DNA of 64,000 nucleotides from Eledone cirrhosa (GCA_964016885.1 OZ024743.1:223882001-223946000); one strand, 5' to 3'; shown: positions 1 to 13,282, numbered from the stretch's first letter. Translations and numbers: made by a program. The notes: a model not told the origin generated them from the letters alone.

Positions 1-3000
1 CGTGGAAAATACTATCGATAATGATAATAATCAAAAGTATAAACAATTGAAAATTTCCCCCAACGAAATCTTCCAGAGAGAAATTAATTCATGTATAAAT
101 ATTTCCCTTGCTGAACGTATTAAAACGACAATGTTTAATAAAAAAAACAAATAATGAAATATTACGTGTTATTGACGAAATAGGGGATGAATATTTACGA
201 CCGATAAAAACCCCAACATTTTGGCAAATCAACAATGATTTGTTTATATGCCTTAGCAACGACAGTGAAGCATTATCTTGGTGACAGCAGACATATTAAC
301 AAGAACAAAACACCACCAAAAATACCATCATATATAACTAAAATAGAAAAAAAGATTGCTGACCTACGAAAAACCATAGGATATGTGACAATGCTCCTTA
401 CATGCAAACAAACACAAAAAAACCTCACTCCTCACCAACAAAGAGTGAAAAATAAAATAGAGACGATGTTTGCTAACAGAAGAACCAGAACTCTTCAATA
501 TAAGCTGATCACCCTCAAACAAGAATTGAGAGCTGTTAGCGAAAAACGCCGATACCTGAAGAAGATAGATGAGAGAAAAGTGCTTAATAAAAGATTCAGA
601 CGAAACCAAACATCAGTCTATAGAGATATGAAGAACAAAATAGGCCCCATCCCAGAAAGACATAGATTCCTTTTGGAGCAAAATATGGCGTGAAAAGAAG
701 AATTTCAACCAAGATGCAGTGTGGCTAAGAGAAATCCGAAAGAACACTACAACAAAAACATACGAAATAAGTGAGGGTACCCTTGAGACTGTGATAGGAA
801 AACTCCAAAATAAGAAAACACCAGGAAGAGACATGATTGTCGGCTACTGGTACAAAAAACTGATATTCTGTCGGAGGTATCTTACTGACCTCTACCAACA
901 AGTTCTTATACCAGAATAGTTGACATTAGCACAAACATTACTGGTCCCCAAGAACAAAGACACCCACTTTGCAAAAAACTACCGACCCATTGCATGCCAG
1001 AACTTGATGTATAAGATGTATACAGCCTGCCTGAACCTATTCCTCCAAGATCACTGTGAAAATAATAATATCATCACAGATGAACAAGCAGCTGGAAAGA
1101 AAGGAGTTTGGGGATGTGCTGAACAACTCCTAATCAACAAAACTGCGATGTCGGAGGTGCGACAACTTAGGAGGAATATGGCTACAGTCTGGCTGGACTA
1201 CAGGAAAGCTTTCGATTCTGTTCCCCACTCTTGGATGATAGAGGCCCTCCAAATTGCTAAAGTCCCAGACATTATTGTCAGAGCCATAGAGTCGCTGTTT
1301 TCTTCTTGGTCTTCTATCCTAAGGTTAAAGAAAGAGAGGGAGGACTCTATTTTCACTGATAAAATAAAATATTGCAGGGGTATATTTCAGGGGGACAGTC
1401 TCTCTGTGATATTCTTCATCTTGTCATTAAACCCCTTGTTCTTTCTGCTCAGGAAATGTGAGGGATACATCATTGGCTGACAGGAGGACAGAAATACGAA
1501 CCCAACCCATAATTTCTTTGTGGACGATCTGAAACTCTATGCCAAGAACATGGATGGGATGAAGAAAAATCTTGACCTGGTTACAACGTTCTCAAAGGAT
1601 ATAGGAATGGAGTTTGGCCAAGATAAATGCTCATACATGACTGTAAAGCGGGGAAAAACAACAGCCCAATCTAGCAACATTGTCATCAATGTCCTAACTG
1701 TTTCACCGATATCTGATGAGGACTGCTACAGGTACCTGGGGATAGATGAGAACATATCCTATAATGGTATCTGTAATAAAGAACGCGTAACCGGGGAATA
1801 CTACACCCGATTAAGAAAGATCTGGTCATCGGAACTCTCTGCACAAAACAAAACAGTGGCTCACAATGTGTTTGCTGTGCCTGTCCTAACACCAACGTTT
1901 GGAATACTCAATTGGACGAGAGACGAAATCCGAGCAGTTGATGTTGGAACTCGAAAAATACTAAGCAACACCGGAAACTTCCACATGAACAGTGACATAG
2001 ACCGCCTTTACTTGAAACGTAAGCAGGGGCAGAGGCCTAACATCAGCCCAGACAACATTTGAATGTCGCATCATATCTCTCCGACAACATCTACGAACCT
2101 CTAAGCGTAGGAGCCCGTTTCTCGAGCAAGTCTATCTGCATGAAACAGATAAGATCATGAAAGTTGGGAAGGAACTCCTCGAGAGATATTCCCTGTGTGA
2201 TAATGAAAAACTCAAACCCAGTGAAGTCGCTCAGCAGTATCGCAGTGAATCCATGGATGAAAAACTGCATGCTTATCAGCAAAAAATCATGCATGGATAT
2301 GTTGCCAGGAAGCTCCAGAGTGAGAGTAATATAGATAAGGAAAGTAGTCTATCTTGGACCAACAACAGCTATATTGGCCCCCCCCCCCCCTTTGAAGGAT
2401 ACGCTTTTGCAATTCAAGAACAGGAGATTTACACGAAATACCTGATTCACAACATAGATATGGATGCAGGCAAAACACCTAGATGTGAAAACAAGTGCAG
2501 ACTCTGCAGAACTAACATCGAGGATATCACCCATGTCATCAGCAGCTGTCCAAAGATGTCATCGCGGTACTATCTACCTATGAGGCATGATGTAGTGGCC
2601 AAAACACTCTACAATGCAGTTCGTAAAAAAGATAGCCCCGATAATAAACACATTAAAAGCTACAGCATTGTAGAAGACATCCATGTACATAATATGAAAG
2701 AGTACTGGTGGAATGTTCCAGTAAAAACTCCAATAAAATGCAGGCATAACAGACCAGATATTATGATATGGGACAGGGAGAAGAAAGCATGCACAGTAGT
2801 GGAAATTAGCTGCCCAGCAGATGCTAATATAATATCAAAGATTAGCGAAAAGGAGAATATTTATGCAGAACTGATGAGAAATCTGCAGATACTCCACCCT
2901 GTTTACACCTTCAGATTTATGCATGTGATTATTGGGGTACTGGGATATGTTAGTAACTCCCTCAATACAAATCTTGAGAAGCTAGGCTTCACAGGAACAG

Positions 3001-3300
3001 AAAAACATAACTAGTTAGGAAATTTCAAGTACAATCCATTAATGGACCAGTAAAAATATGTAAAACATTCCAAACATTTTGCATCTAATAACTGTATATA
3101 CACATGTACAGATGCAAAGCATAAACACATGCACACATACAATAACATCCATATCTACACATGTATACATGCAGACACGCATACATATCTACCTAGTTGA
3201 TGTTGTGTAAATTCCAATGAGAGAGTCTTGTAACTATGTTAGAAACCGACTCTCTCTATTGGCAAACATTTGTGAAATTATAAAACCAGAAGAACATACA
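1..3300 (+). mobile_element. Decayed non-LTR retrotransposon, R4/Dong-like (RT + CCHC knuckle + restriction-like endonuclease); 5' end probably outside window
   Basis: Broken ORFs 235-693, 719-919, 920-1480, 1520-2062, 2157-3014. RT motifs KTPGRD, NYRPIAC, WLDYRKAFDSVPH, GIFQGDSLS, (F)VDDLKLYA, YRYLGI. C-terminal CRLC..EDITHVISSC, RHD and RPDIMIWD..VVEISCP (PD-(D/E)xK type). 3' end runs into ACAT repeats. Confidence 0.92.
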
Positions 3301-3349
3301 AACATACATACATGTATGTTATAATTAATATTCGAAAAACTCAAATTAC

Positions 3350-3404
<55 letters not shown>

Positions 3405-3412
3405 TATATATA

Positions 3413-3775
3413 TATATTAATAAAAGGAATTCCAACTTTGTCTGATTTACTCGTTTTATTTACAATCCTTTAACATTATAATGATATTATAATGAAATAG
3501 TATGATAGAATATTAAATGTCAAATGTTAATTGAACAAGTTCGCAATCTTCAGGTTCATATTCAGTGGTGACAGCCAAGTTTGCAATTTTTGAAAACTTG
3601 ACTATCACCACTGAATATGAACCTGAAGATTGCGAAAGCATGGAAGTACTTGTTCAATTAACATTTAACATTTAATATTCTATCATACTATTTCATTATA
3701 ATATCATTATAATTTTAAAGGATTGTAAATAAAACGATTAAATCAGACAAAGTTGCAATTCCTTTTATTAATATA
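3413..3775. repeat. ~360 bp fold-back palindrome next to (TA)n; probable inverted pair of PLE pseudo-LTR fragments
   Basis: Arms ~3413-3583 and ~3593-3775 are near-perfect reverse complements. The right arm carries a hammerhead-like motif that is partly deleted in the left arm. Confidence 0.9.
3618..3656 (+). ncRNA. Minimal type I hammerhead-like motif with one core substitution (GAAA>GGAA)
   Basis: tgaac CTGAAGA t-tgc-gaaa-gca-t GGAA gtac TT gttca: stem I tgaac/gttca, GNRA-capped stem II, palindromic gtac loop III. Confidence 0.7.
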
Positions 3776-4632
3776 ATCTTCTATACACAATCATACACAC
3801 CCGTATATATATATATATACTGGACTACACGTGCGTCCAGTAACAGGTCCCCCTGTATTTTTGAACGAAACATCCGTTGAGAAAGCAGTATTCCACGTTC
3901 ATCTCTTTACTAGAAGTCAGATATATGTTTTATGTGGGCTGACAGTAATTGATTAAGGAACTGCAGAAACCCAAAAAGCTAGAATTTAACATCCTTCTAG
4001 TGGGTCCGGGTGAGTTTTTACATTCATTTAATTTATTAATTTATTAATTTCTTATTTGAGTGACCCGAATTTTCCTGGTCGTTTTTTTCGGCTGTGCGAA
4101 TGATCTAGGCATCGTCTCTATATGTTGGTATTTTAACGATAGTTATAGCTCTGGTTCATCCAAACTATTGAGCCCTCTGCCACACATGTCGAAGATTGTT
4201 TATCATTATTTCGTGGGCCGAGATTCTGATTCTCGATTATTTACTTGTATATATATATATATATATCAAAAGTAGAAGAATATATTCAAGTCTCGAATGA
4301 GAGTAGAGATAGATATATATAAAATTTAATGCCAGCCGCAAATGCAATGGGTATTCATGCAATCCTAATAAACGTTGAGATAGATGCAAAGCTAGAGCTT
4401 ATAAAGAGTAGTGATGCATAAAGTAGATGCGCAGAGCGTTTATATTCAGAATTAAAAGGAGGAGAATCAAATAACACTCATTAAACAAGTTTATTCACTT
4501 GTTTAATGAGTGTTAGTTTATCTCGGGCATCTAGTGCCAGCCGGGGCATCGATTAGGTTATTATTCCCTTGGTTGGGGCTATTCACGTTCGTCTGTTGTT
4601 TCGGGTTGGATGTACTATTATTTGCGCAACGA

Positions 4633-5195
4633 TAGGTTTTCGATGTGCTATATGTGCTCATGTTCTCTTTGAGCTTTTTACTATTTATAGCTGCAGGTTG
4701 GTGAATGGGCGGTATCGGTAGAGCGGACAACATGCTTTGCAGCATAGAGTTACGGTCTTTTATGATCTGAGTTCAAATCCCGCCGAGGTTAACTTTGCCT
4801 TTCATCCTTACGGGGTCGATAAAATAAAGTACCAGTCACGCACTGGGGTCGATTTAATCGACTTTCCCCTCCCCAAAAATTGCTGGCCTTGTGCCTATAT
4901 AAGAAACAATTGTTAGGTTTTCGATGTGTTATATGTGTACATGTACTCTTTGAGTTTTTTTATTATTTATAGCTGCAGATTGGTGAATGGGCGGTATCGG
5001 TAGAGCGGACAACATGCTTTGCGGCGTATAGTTACGATCCTCTCTGTTCTAAGTACAAATCCCGCGTAGGTTAGCTTTGCCTTTCATCCTTATGGTGTCG
5101 ATAAAATAAAGTACTTGTAACGAACTGGAGTCGATTTAATTGACTTTCCCTCCCCTTCAAATTGTTGGCCTAGTGCCAAAAGTAGAAACACATAT
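4633..5195 (+). mobile_element. Two tRNA-derived Meta/MESC-domain-like SINE copies within a ~281 bp tandem duplication
   Basis: Units start at 4633 and 4914 (taggttttcgatgtg). Each has an A-box-like head, a B-box (gagttcaaatcc or decayed form) and the central gcctttcatccttacggggtcgataaaataaagtaccag. Confidence 0.85.
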
Positions 5196-5700
5196 TAAAA
5201 TATGTAAAGGGCCATAACTATATGCCGCAAAGCATGTTGTCCGACGCCCTGCCTCTACTGCCAATTCAGAGCCCTAAGGTCTTTTAACAAAAATGATAAA
5301 AACTCTGGTTTCTCCTCACCCCGAGCCGATAAATCTTTTAACAATAATGATAAAAATAAGGTATTTTATCATACACCACCACGCTGGTGGTGATGGTATC
5401 ATTGTTGAATTTACCGTTCAAAAGTTTTTGTTTGTATTTGTCTAAACAATGTCTCATTCAAGTATTTTGCTAATATCAGAATTCTTGATTTAGTTCATAC
5501 AGACAGCCATTGAAATGAGATATTTGCCAAAGATGTTGAGTGTTCGCTTAAAACAACAGTAAATCATAAGTAATTCTCAAAGGTTGACTATAATTAGAAG
5601 TATGTCTTTAGGATATGTTGTTCAGAAGATAGAATATATTTAATGCAATAAATGTTAATAAGTGACACAGACAGTAAATAATTAACGATTGTTTTGTTAT

Positions 5701-5732
<32 letters not shown>

Positions 5733-5839
5733 TCCAGAAGACGAATTTAAAAGTAAAATCTAGAATCTAAGAAACCTGCGTTGAATGGTCCTTTAGTAGA
5801 AACGATTACTTTTTTCCTACGTCTCACAGCACATAATCG

Positions 5840-5950
5840 ATTTAGCAGAGTCGTTATAACGTCGGGGTTAATTTACGGTAATCCTTCTTTGTGCACTGAG
5901 TTCAAATCCCGCTGAGGTCAACTTTGCCTTTCACCCTTTTGAGGTCTCTT
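5840..5950 (+). mobile_element. Partial SINE (same family)
   Basis: ctgagttcaaatcccgctgaggtcaactttgcctttcacccttttgaggtc. Confidence 0.7.
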
Positions 5951-6894
5951 TCTCAATTCATCTCTATCCCCCCTCTCTCTCTCTGTTCAGACCTAGAGAG
6001 GGGATGGGTTCCGCCAGGATTTAAAGATGCCCACGAAACGTCGTATGTCACTACGGCACGCCTACGATTCCACCAGAAGTTAAGGGTAAAGAAAAAAAGA
6101 ATTATATATTAGAGCCGATTTAGCTGATTTTGCTTTGATGTTTTATTTGATTGTGCGTTGTATATTATATTGAATACTAACACAACGTATAGTATCCAAT
6201 TGTTCAAGTTCGGTCTTATTGCACAGTACTTAGTGCGAGTGTGTTTTTATCATATTTCATTAAGGGTGAAATTTAGTCGACGGAAACTGTGTTGAATCTT
6301 ATCGGGAAGATCGTTCCTGTTCTTGTGTAACAGACTTAATCCGATGCCAGGTTTAATGCCACCTCCTAGTCATTGGGTGCCATTAATAGAGTCCACTCTA
6401 TTACAAGTATTTAGGTCATGTCTGTGGTCTGAAAAATGTTTTCTATTAATCAAAGGAGACCTAAAAAAGCTCATGAGTGATACCCTACCTCCTTTGACTA
6501 CGCCTTTAAAAAAACGATGAAAAATATTTCACAATATAAGAAACAGCAGTATAAACAATTCGTCTCAAAAGCAAATGCATACAAACATAGTGTGGTTGTT
6601 TGACACCAGGTAAACCCCGATCGAGCAGGCTTATGATCAAGGGCGTTCCAGGCGTGAACATATCACCTTTATTGTCATAGAGTATCTAGGGTTATATTAT
6701 CCAAGGAGTTCTTTTCTTTTTATAAGACGATGACAGGAGTTATAGAAATCAGTTAATCTAGTATGTAACCTGACAATTGACTAACTACGTATATGCAATA
6801 CAGCTTAAGATTTATATTTACTCTCGATAAAAGAGATGAATGAGAGCAGGATTTTGTATAGGTCAATGATATACATTCATTAATATAATAATAA

Positions 6895-7270
6895 CGATGT
6901 CTAGCAATGGTACAAGGTCAATCATTTGGGGGAAGGGAAAATCAATTACAGTATTTTCCGGCGCCGAAGACGTTTCGTCCTCGAGGACGCACCCTAATTT
7001 TGACAACCAAAAATTCGAAAATAAAATAATAAACAACCTTCGGTCTCCAGGACGCGTGGTAGATTTTTGAGACTTATTTTAGGGAAAAAGTAGCGTCTTC
7101 GACGCCGGGAAATACGGTATATCAACGCCAGTACTAAACTGGTACTTTGTTTTATCGATCCCGGAAGGATAGAAGGCAAAGTTGACCACGGCGGAATCTA
7201 AACTTAATTATAACTAAATATCGTAAAGCATTTTGTTCGACATTCTACCGATATTGCCAGTCCACTGCCC
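6895..7270 (-). mobile_element. SINE copy interrupted by a MITE
   Basis: Reverse-complement SINE body (ctggtactttgttttatcgatcccggaaggatagaaggcaaagttgacc) resumes after 7119; tail portion lies at 6895-6948. Confidence 0.75.
6949..7117. mobile_element. Tc1/mariner-superfamily (Tc2/pogo-like) MITE with TA target duplication
   Basis: TIRs cagtattttccggcgccgaagacg / cgtcttcgacgccgggaaatacgg, flanked by TA at 6947-6948 and 7118-7119. Confidence 0.8.
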
Positions 7271-7916
7271 TAAAAACATAAATAGTGGAAAGGTTATAGA
7301 GTATTTTAACATACGTTCTACTGATTCTTCTAATTTAGTGTTTATTGTGATGCTCGTGGTAACATAGGTTTCGGTTTTCATGTTTACTTTCTGTTGTTTT
7401 TGTTTGTTTTTGTATTTTTTTTTTTCATTTCTATTCCTACTTTACAGAAGAGAAAGCGTAAGAATTGTGTCAATGGCCAGGTCGCAAACAGTACGACGAA
7501 CATTTTGAGACCAATAAATGATAAATGTAAAGTAAAGTTAACAGTTTTAATGATTCTGAATGGCTAGAATTGCTTTAGTTTCAACACACGGTCTCATATC
7601 AAGTCGCTTTGCAGACAAGTAAATCTACAAAGCATAAACTACTAAAGCTTATTTTACTAAATCTTATATTACACTTGATTTAGCGATAGAGATGGAAAGA
7701 AGGAAATAGTACACTGCTCCATCTTGCAGTGTCACCACAACCTTGGTGGATCCTGGAATCGTTATTAGCTCGCATAAATAGAGCAAATTGCTTGACATTC
7801 AGATATTCAGAGATATCTATCAACAGGTTATCAGCTGTATTGATATTTTTAAGTGGGAGTGAACAATCGATTATATCAAGTCAAATATCTTCGATTGATA
7901 CTTCTTTTATTAACCC

Positions 7917-8140
7917 TTCTTCTTCTTCTTCTTCTTCTTCTTCTTCGCACATTTATTCCTGAGGGGGCGTGGAGGCAGAGTCCTCAAACATTCCTTCCAG
8001 CTAGTCCTGTCAGAAGCAACAATCTCCAACTGATTCGGTTGGATCCCCAAGCGTGACCAGCCAAGCTCATGGATGTTATCCAACCATCTTGCTCGGGGTC
8101 TACCCCCGGGTCTCATGTCGGTTGGTTTGCCAGTAAAATA
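7917..8140 (-). mobile_element. RTE-clade LINE 3' fragment with (GAA)n tail
   Basis: RPGGRPRARWLDNI..DRTSWK C-terminal motif followed by (ttc)n on the + strand; homologous to 17172-17370. Confidence 0.8.
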
Positions 8141-8494
8141 TGCGATTTTTTTCCTGAGATATTCTAACCACCTTCTGTGATCTCACAATTAGGAGAAGTA
8201 GCCTAAGAACGTAAAAAAAAAGCTGTAACTAAGTACTGCAAATTATTTTGTCCTACACTAGCAATCTTGCCAATATATCGCCTAGCACCATTTTACACGA
8301 ATATACCACTGGTACTTATTTTCTTTCTCATATTAGGCGTTGTCAGTTAGCCTGTCAGTCAATTTGAACCCAGAAACGTAAAAAAAAAAATAATAATGAT
8401 AAAATGCAGAGAGAAAAACAATTAAGTAGGGTAAAAGAAAAGCAGTATTGATACAATAGAACTACCTTAATAAACCATATTTCAATGAACATGA

Positions 8495-8683
8495 GGGCGG
8501 TGGATTGGCAGTATCGGTAGAGGATCGGACGCCATGCTTTGCAGTATAGAGTTATGTCCTTTTACGGTCTGGGTTCAAATCCCGTCGAGGTTAACTTTGC
8601 CTTTCATCCTTACGGGCTCGATAAAATAAAGTACCAGTAATGCAATGGGTAATTACTGGCCTTGTGCCAAATGTAGAAACAAT
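8495..8683 (+). mobile_element. Full-length SINE with 17 bp target-site duplication
   Basis: TSD tatttcaatgaacatga at 8478-8494 and 8684-8700; A box tggcagtatcgg, B box ggttcaaatccc. Confidence 0.9.
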
Positions 8684-9015
8684 TATTTCAATGAACATGA
8701 ACATATACAAATATATTTCACTCCAGGTATTTTTTTCTTTGCATGGCAGACATTTTGAAAGCAACGGAATGTAAATTATGCTTCGATAACATCTGCGTGA
8801 TAACGTTGAAAAACTAATCACCGCTCAATAAACATTGATCTATTTCCAGTGTCTGACACGGAAACACATTCTACATCACAACGTCTTCTCTATAAATACA
8901 TTTCATATACTCACACTCACTCATATAGACAAAATCTCTCTCTCTCTCTCACTCTCTCTCCCATTCATACACACACACATTCGTATAACTCTATTATAGA
9001 GATAAATATAGGTAC

Positions 9016-9143
9016 ATGTGTATGTGTGTGTGGGCGCGTGTGAGTATGTGTGTTTGTATGTGTGTATGGATATATATACATGTGTGTGTGTGGGTGTGTG
9101 TGTTTGTATGTGTATATATATATATATATATATATGTGTGTGG

Positions 9144-9174
<31 letters not shown>

Positions 9175-9280
9175 TGTGTGTGTGTGTGTGTTGTATGCTT
9201 GTATCGATATATAAATATATATTCGGTGTGTGTGTGTGTTGTGTGTGTGTGTATTTGTATGTGTGTGCCTATATGTGTGT
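9016..9280. repeat. Compound (GT)n/(TA)n microsatellite
   Basis: Directly visible; explains the spurious CV/IY ORFs. Confidence 0.95.
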
Positions 9281-9381
9281 AATATTGATACTAGCGCACT
9301 GTATATGTAAAGAATTTAAGATAGATTTGATTAGATACAACAACGGGTTTGTTTTTTTTTATAATTAGATGTTTTCACTGT

Positions 9382-11020
9382 TAAAAAAACAGGAGTGTGC
9401 AGTGTAAACACTTGCAACCATTTCTTTGTATAAAAAACAGGAGTGTGCAGTGTAAACACTTGCAACCATTTCTTTCTATAAAAAACAGGAGTGTGCAGTG
9501 TAAACACTTGCAACCATTTCTTTGTATAAAAAACAGGAGTGTGCAGTGTAAACACTTGCAACCATTTCTTTCTATAAAAAACAGGAGTGTGCAGTGTAAA
9601 CACTTGCAACCATTTCTTTCTATAAAAAACAGGAGTGTGCAGTGTAAACACTTGCAACCATTTCTTTGTATAAAAAACAGGAGTGTGCAGTGTAAACACT
9701 TGCAACCATTTCTTTGTATAAAAAACAGGAGTGTGCAGTGTAAACACTTGCAACCATTTCTTTGTATAAAAAACAGGAGTGTGCAGTGTAAACACTTGCA
9801 ACCATTTCTTTGTATAAAAAACAGGAGTGTGCAGTGTAAACACTTGCAACCATTTCTTTGTATAAAAAACAGGAGTGTGCAGTGTAAACACTTGCAACCA
9901 TTTCTTTGTATAAAAAACAGGAGTGTGCAGTGTAAACACTTGCAACCATTTCTTTGTATAAAAAACAGGAGTGTGCAGTGTAAACACTTGCAACCATTTC
10001 TTTGTATAAAAAACAGGAGTGTGCAGTGTAAACACTTGCAACCATTTCTTTGTATAAAAAACAGGAGTGTGCAGTGTAAACACTTGCAACCATTTCTTTG
10101 TATAAAAAACAGGAGTGTGCAGTGTAAACACTTGCAACCATTTCTTTGTATAAAAAACAGGAGTGTGCAGTGTAAACACTTGCAACCATTTCTTTGTATA
10201 AAAAACAGGAGTGTGCAGTGTAAACACTTGCAACCATTTCTTTGTATAAAAAACAGGAGTGTGCAGTGTAAACACTTGCAACCATTTCTTTGTATAAAAA
10301 ACAGGAGTGTGCAGTGTAAACACTTGCAACCATTTCTTTGTATAAAAAACAGGAGTGTGCAGTGTAAACACTTGCAACCATTTCTTTCTATAAAAAACAG
10401 GAGTGTGCAGTGTAAACACTTGCAACCATTTCTTTGTATAAAAAACAGGAGTGTGCAGTGTAAACACTTGCAACCATTTCTTTCTATAAAAAACAGGAGT
10501 GTGCAGTGTAAACACTTGCAACCATTTCTTTCTATAAAAAACAGGAGTGTGCAGTGTAAACACTTGCAACCATTTCTTTGTATAAAAAACAGGAGTGTGC
10601 AGTGTAAACACTTGCAACCATTTCTTTGTATAAAAAACAGGAGTGTGCAGTGTAAACACTTGCAACCATTTCTTTCTATAAAAAACAGGAGTGTGCAGTG
10701 TAAACACTTGCAACCATTTCTTTGTATAAAAAACAGGAGTGTGCAGTGTAAACACTTGCAACCATTTCTTTGTATAAAAAACAGGAGTGTGCAGTGTAAA
10801 CACTTGCAACCATTTCTTTGTATAAAAAACAGGAGTGTGCAGTGTAAACACTTGCAACCATTTCTTTGTATAAAAAACAGGAGTGTGCAGTGTAAACACT
10901 TGCAACCATTTCTTTGTATAAAAAACAGGAGTGTGCAGTGTAAACACTTGCAACCATTTCTTTCTATAAAAAACAGGAGTGTGCAGTGTAAACACTTGCA
11001 ACCATTTCTTTGTATAAAAA
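9382..11020. repeat. 48 bp minisatellite, 34 copies, single G/C variant site
   Basis: Unit aaaaaacaggagtgtgcagtgtaaacacttgcaaccatttcttt[g/c]tat; variant site at 9428+48n. Confidence 0.98.
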
Positions 11021-11029
11021 AAAAAAACA

Positions 11030-11380
11030 TGGTCTCTGTTTTAGGCACAAGGCCTGCAATTAAATCGGCCACAGTGTATGACTGGTACTTTATTTCATCG
11101 AGCCTGTAGGGATGAAAGGCAAATCTGAGCTCGGCGGGATTTGAACTCAGAACGTAAAGGGTCGTAACTTTATCCGATACTACCAATTCACCGCCCATAA
11201 TAATAATAATTGTTTCTACTTTTGGCACAAGGCCAGCAATTATCCCAGTGTATTACTGGTACTTTATTTTATCGACCCCGTAAAGATGAAAGCCAAAGTT
11301 AACCCCGGCGGGATTTGAACTCAGTCCGTAAAGGGACGTAACTGTGCTGCAGAGCATGGCGTCCGACCCTCTACCGATTG
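11030..11380 (-). mobile_element. Two tandem SINE copies (minus strand)
   Basis: ggcacaaggcc...ctggtactttattt..ggatgaaaggcaaa..ggcgggatttgaactcag occurs twice (11030-11195, 11205-11380). Confidence 0.88.
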
Positions 11381-12587
11381 TAAAATATAATGTCTAGACA
11401 TGGGTAAGTAACCTTGACATTATTCGCAATAAAACACTTATAACATAGGGTACTTATTTGTGCCGAGCCTGTACCTGGGTATTCAGTGCTCTAGGTTCTA
11501 CAATGGACACCCTCTTCTCCAGGTTATGCACCCCATTCTACCAAACTAAATAATTTCAACATAAAGTTTGGTAAGTTGACAAACCTAGTTTTGGAACTTC
11601 TTGCTCTGAGAAAATTACTAAATCTGAAACTTCTACCACACAGTCCTCACTTACCCACTCCTAATCATATGACAGGTCATAAGATAATATGACCCTCTCC
11701 ACCACTTTGGATATTTCGACATCGCTGCTACGTGGCAAAGCGATGTATTTATTAGTTGCAGGAAATTATTATATATTTAATATGATTATACTAATATCAG
11801 ACCTGTCAACTCTCCCAGTCCTGCGGGAAAATTTGCAATAGCCTTTGGAGTGGATGAGAAATGTCTTCTCTTGTGAAAATGGGTATAGCTTTCATTATGT
11901 AAAATCTCCATAATTTTCCCCATTTCGTGGCACTTTTTTTTCATGGTACTCCTCGTTTGGGTTTTTAGAGATTGGCAGTCTTAAATATATATAAGGTTCA
12001 GTAATACGCCTCTCTGCGGTCTGTGTCCTAGACTGTTGCTTAGTTGGCCATAGTTTCATTGCCGTATATGTATGTATGCTTGAGAGGTGTTGTCTAATTA
12101 TAGATTATAAATCCATTGCAATGTTCGTCCAGACATATTTTCAACGGGGCGTTAGGAGTAAAAAGAGAACTTCCATTTATACTAACTTCTTCCTGAAGCC
12201 ACTCTACACTAACATCTCGTTAGAGTGGAGGGACACGTCATTTTCGTTACGCCTACTGTTTTCTATCTACTATAAAATTTACTTTTTTTCGTTTTCTCTT
12301 GCGGTAGATGTAATTATTTAGAGTACAATGTAAAGACAGGAAAACATTCGTATCACGTTAAAATTCAATCCGATGATTTACATTAGACAATCAATAAATA
12401 CTTTTATCGTAAAAGTAAAGTATTTTATTTTACTACATGTAAAACGGTAGGAGAAAGAAAAGTGATATGTCATGTGAATAATACAATATATATATATATA
12501 TATATGTACGTATATGTGTTTCTATATATATATATTTACACATAGTCACATATATGCAAATACACACACACACACACACACACACAC

Positions 12588-12670
<83 letters not shown>

Positions 12671-12673
<3 letters not shown>

Positions 12674-13132
12674 AATACCAACATATCTGTATTTATATTG
12701 TAAAAGAAAATTTAGTTAGCTAGAATGAAGTATACTAATTATAATATTACAGTCTGCCCATATCGATTTAAAATAATAAATCAACAAAGACAAACAGTAT
12801 TGCCAAAAGGCCTTGATGTTTAGACACATTTAAATTTCAAAATCAAACCTGTTCCGTAGATAAGTTTAAACTTTAAAATCCAAATATGTTTCGAGATAAA
12901 AAAAGTGTAAGGATATCATGTCCTGCTCTCTTCAGTAAACATCCAGGAACAAATTGATATGCTTCACTTCCAAATATTTTAAAAGACTGTGTAACGCACA
13001 TGGTTCACAGTTTCTAGCTAGCCTCATAACCGTACTGCTAGAAATAACAGCCGTAATATTATAATTAATATACTTCATTCTAGCTAACTAAATTTTCTTT
13101 TACAATATAAATACAGATATGTTGGTATTTGT
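12671..13132. repeat. ~82 bp inverted repeats with ~300 bp spacer, abutting (TA)n
   Basis: 12671-12752 is the reverse complement of ~13051-13132. Confidence 0.88.
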
Positions 13133-13229
13133 GTTTCATCATATATATTAATTTATATTTAAATGTTTTACACGGCTCACAAATATTTCTTTCTTCGAGC
13201 TAATTTCATTGTAAAAGAATTCATTACAC

Positions 13230-13279
<50 letters not shown>

Positions 13280-13282
<3 letters not shown>

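Noticed and set aside
5988-6048. Hammerhead-like cagac-ctagaga...cccac-gaaacgtc
   Set aside because: The core CUGANGA is not matched and stem II is ambiguous, so it is too degenerate to call.
8495-8600. tRNA gene (A and B boxes)
   Set aside because: No cloverleaf; the sequence continues into a SINE body with a TSD and has many dispersed copies.
9331-11228. 550-615 aa ORFs, including a CxCxxC-repeat metallothionein-like frame; CRISPR-like periodicity
   Set aside because: Artefacts of a 48 bp unit lacking stops in several frames. There are no spacers, no cas genes, and the ORF ends run into SINE sequence.
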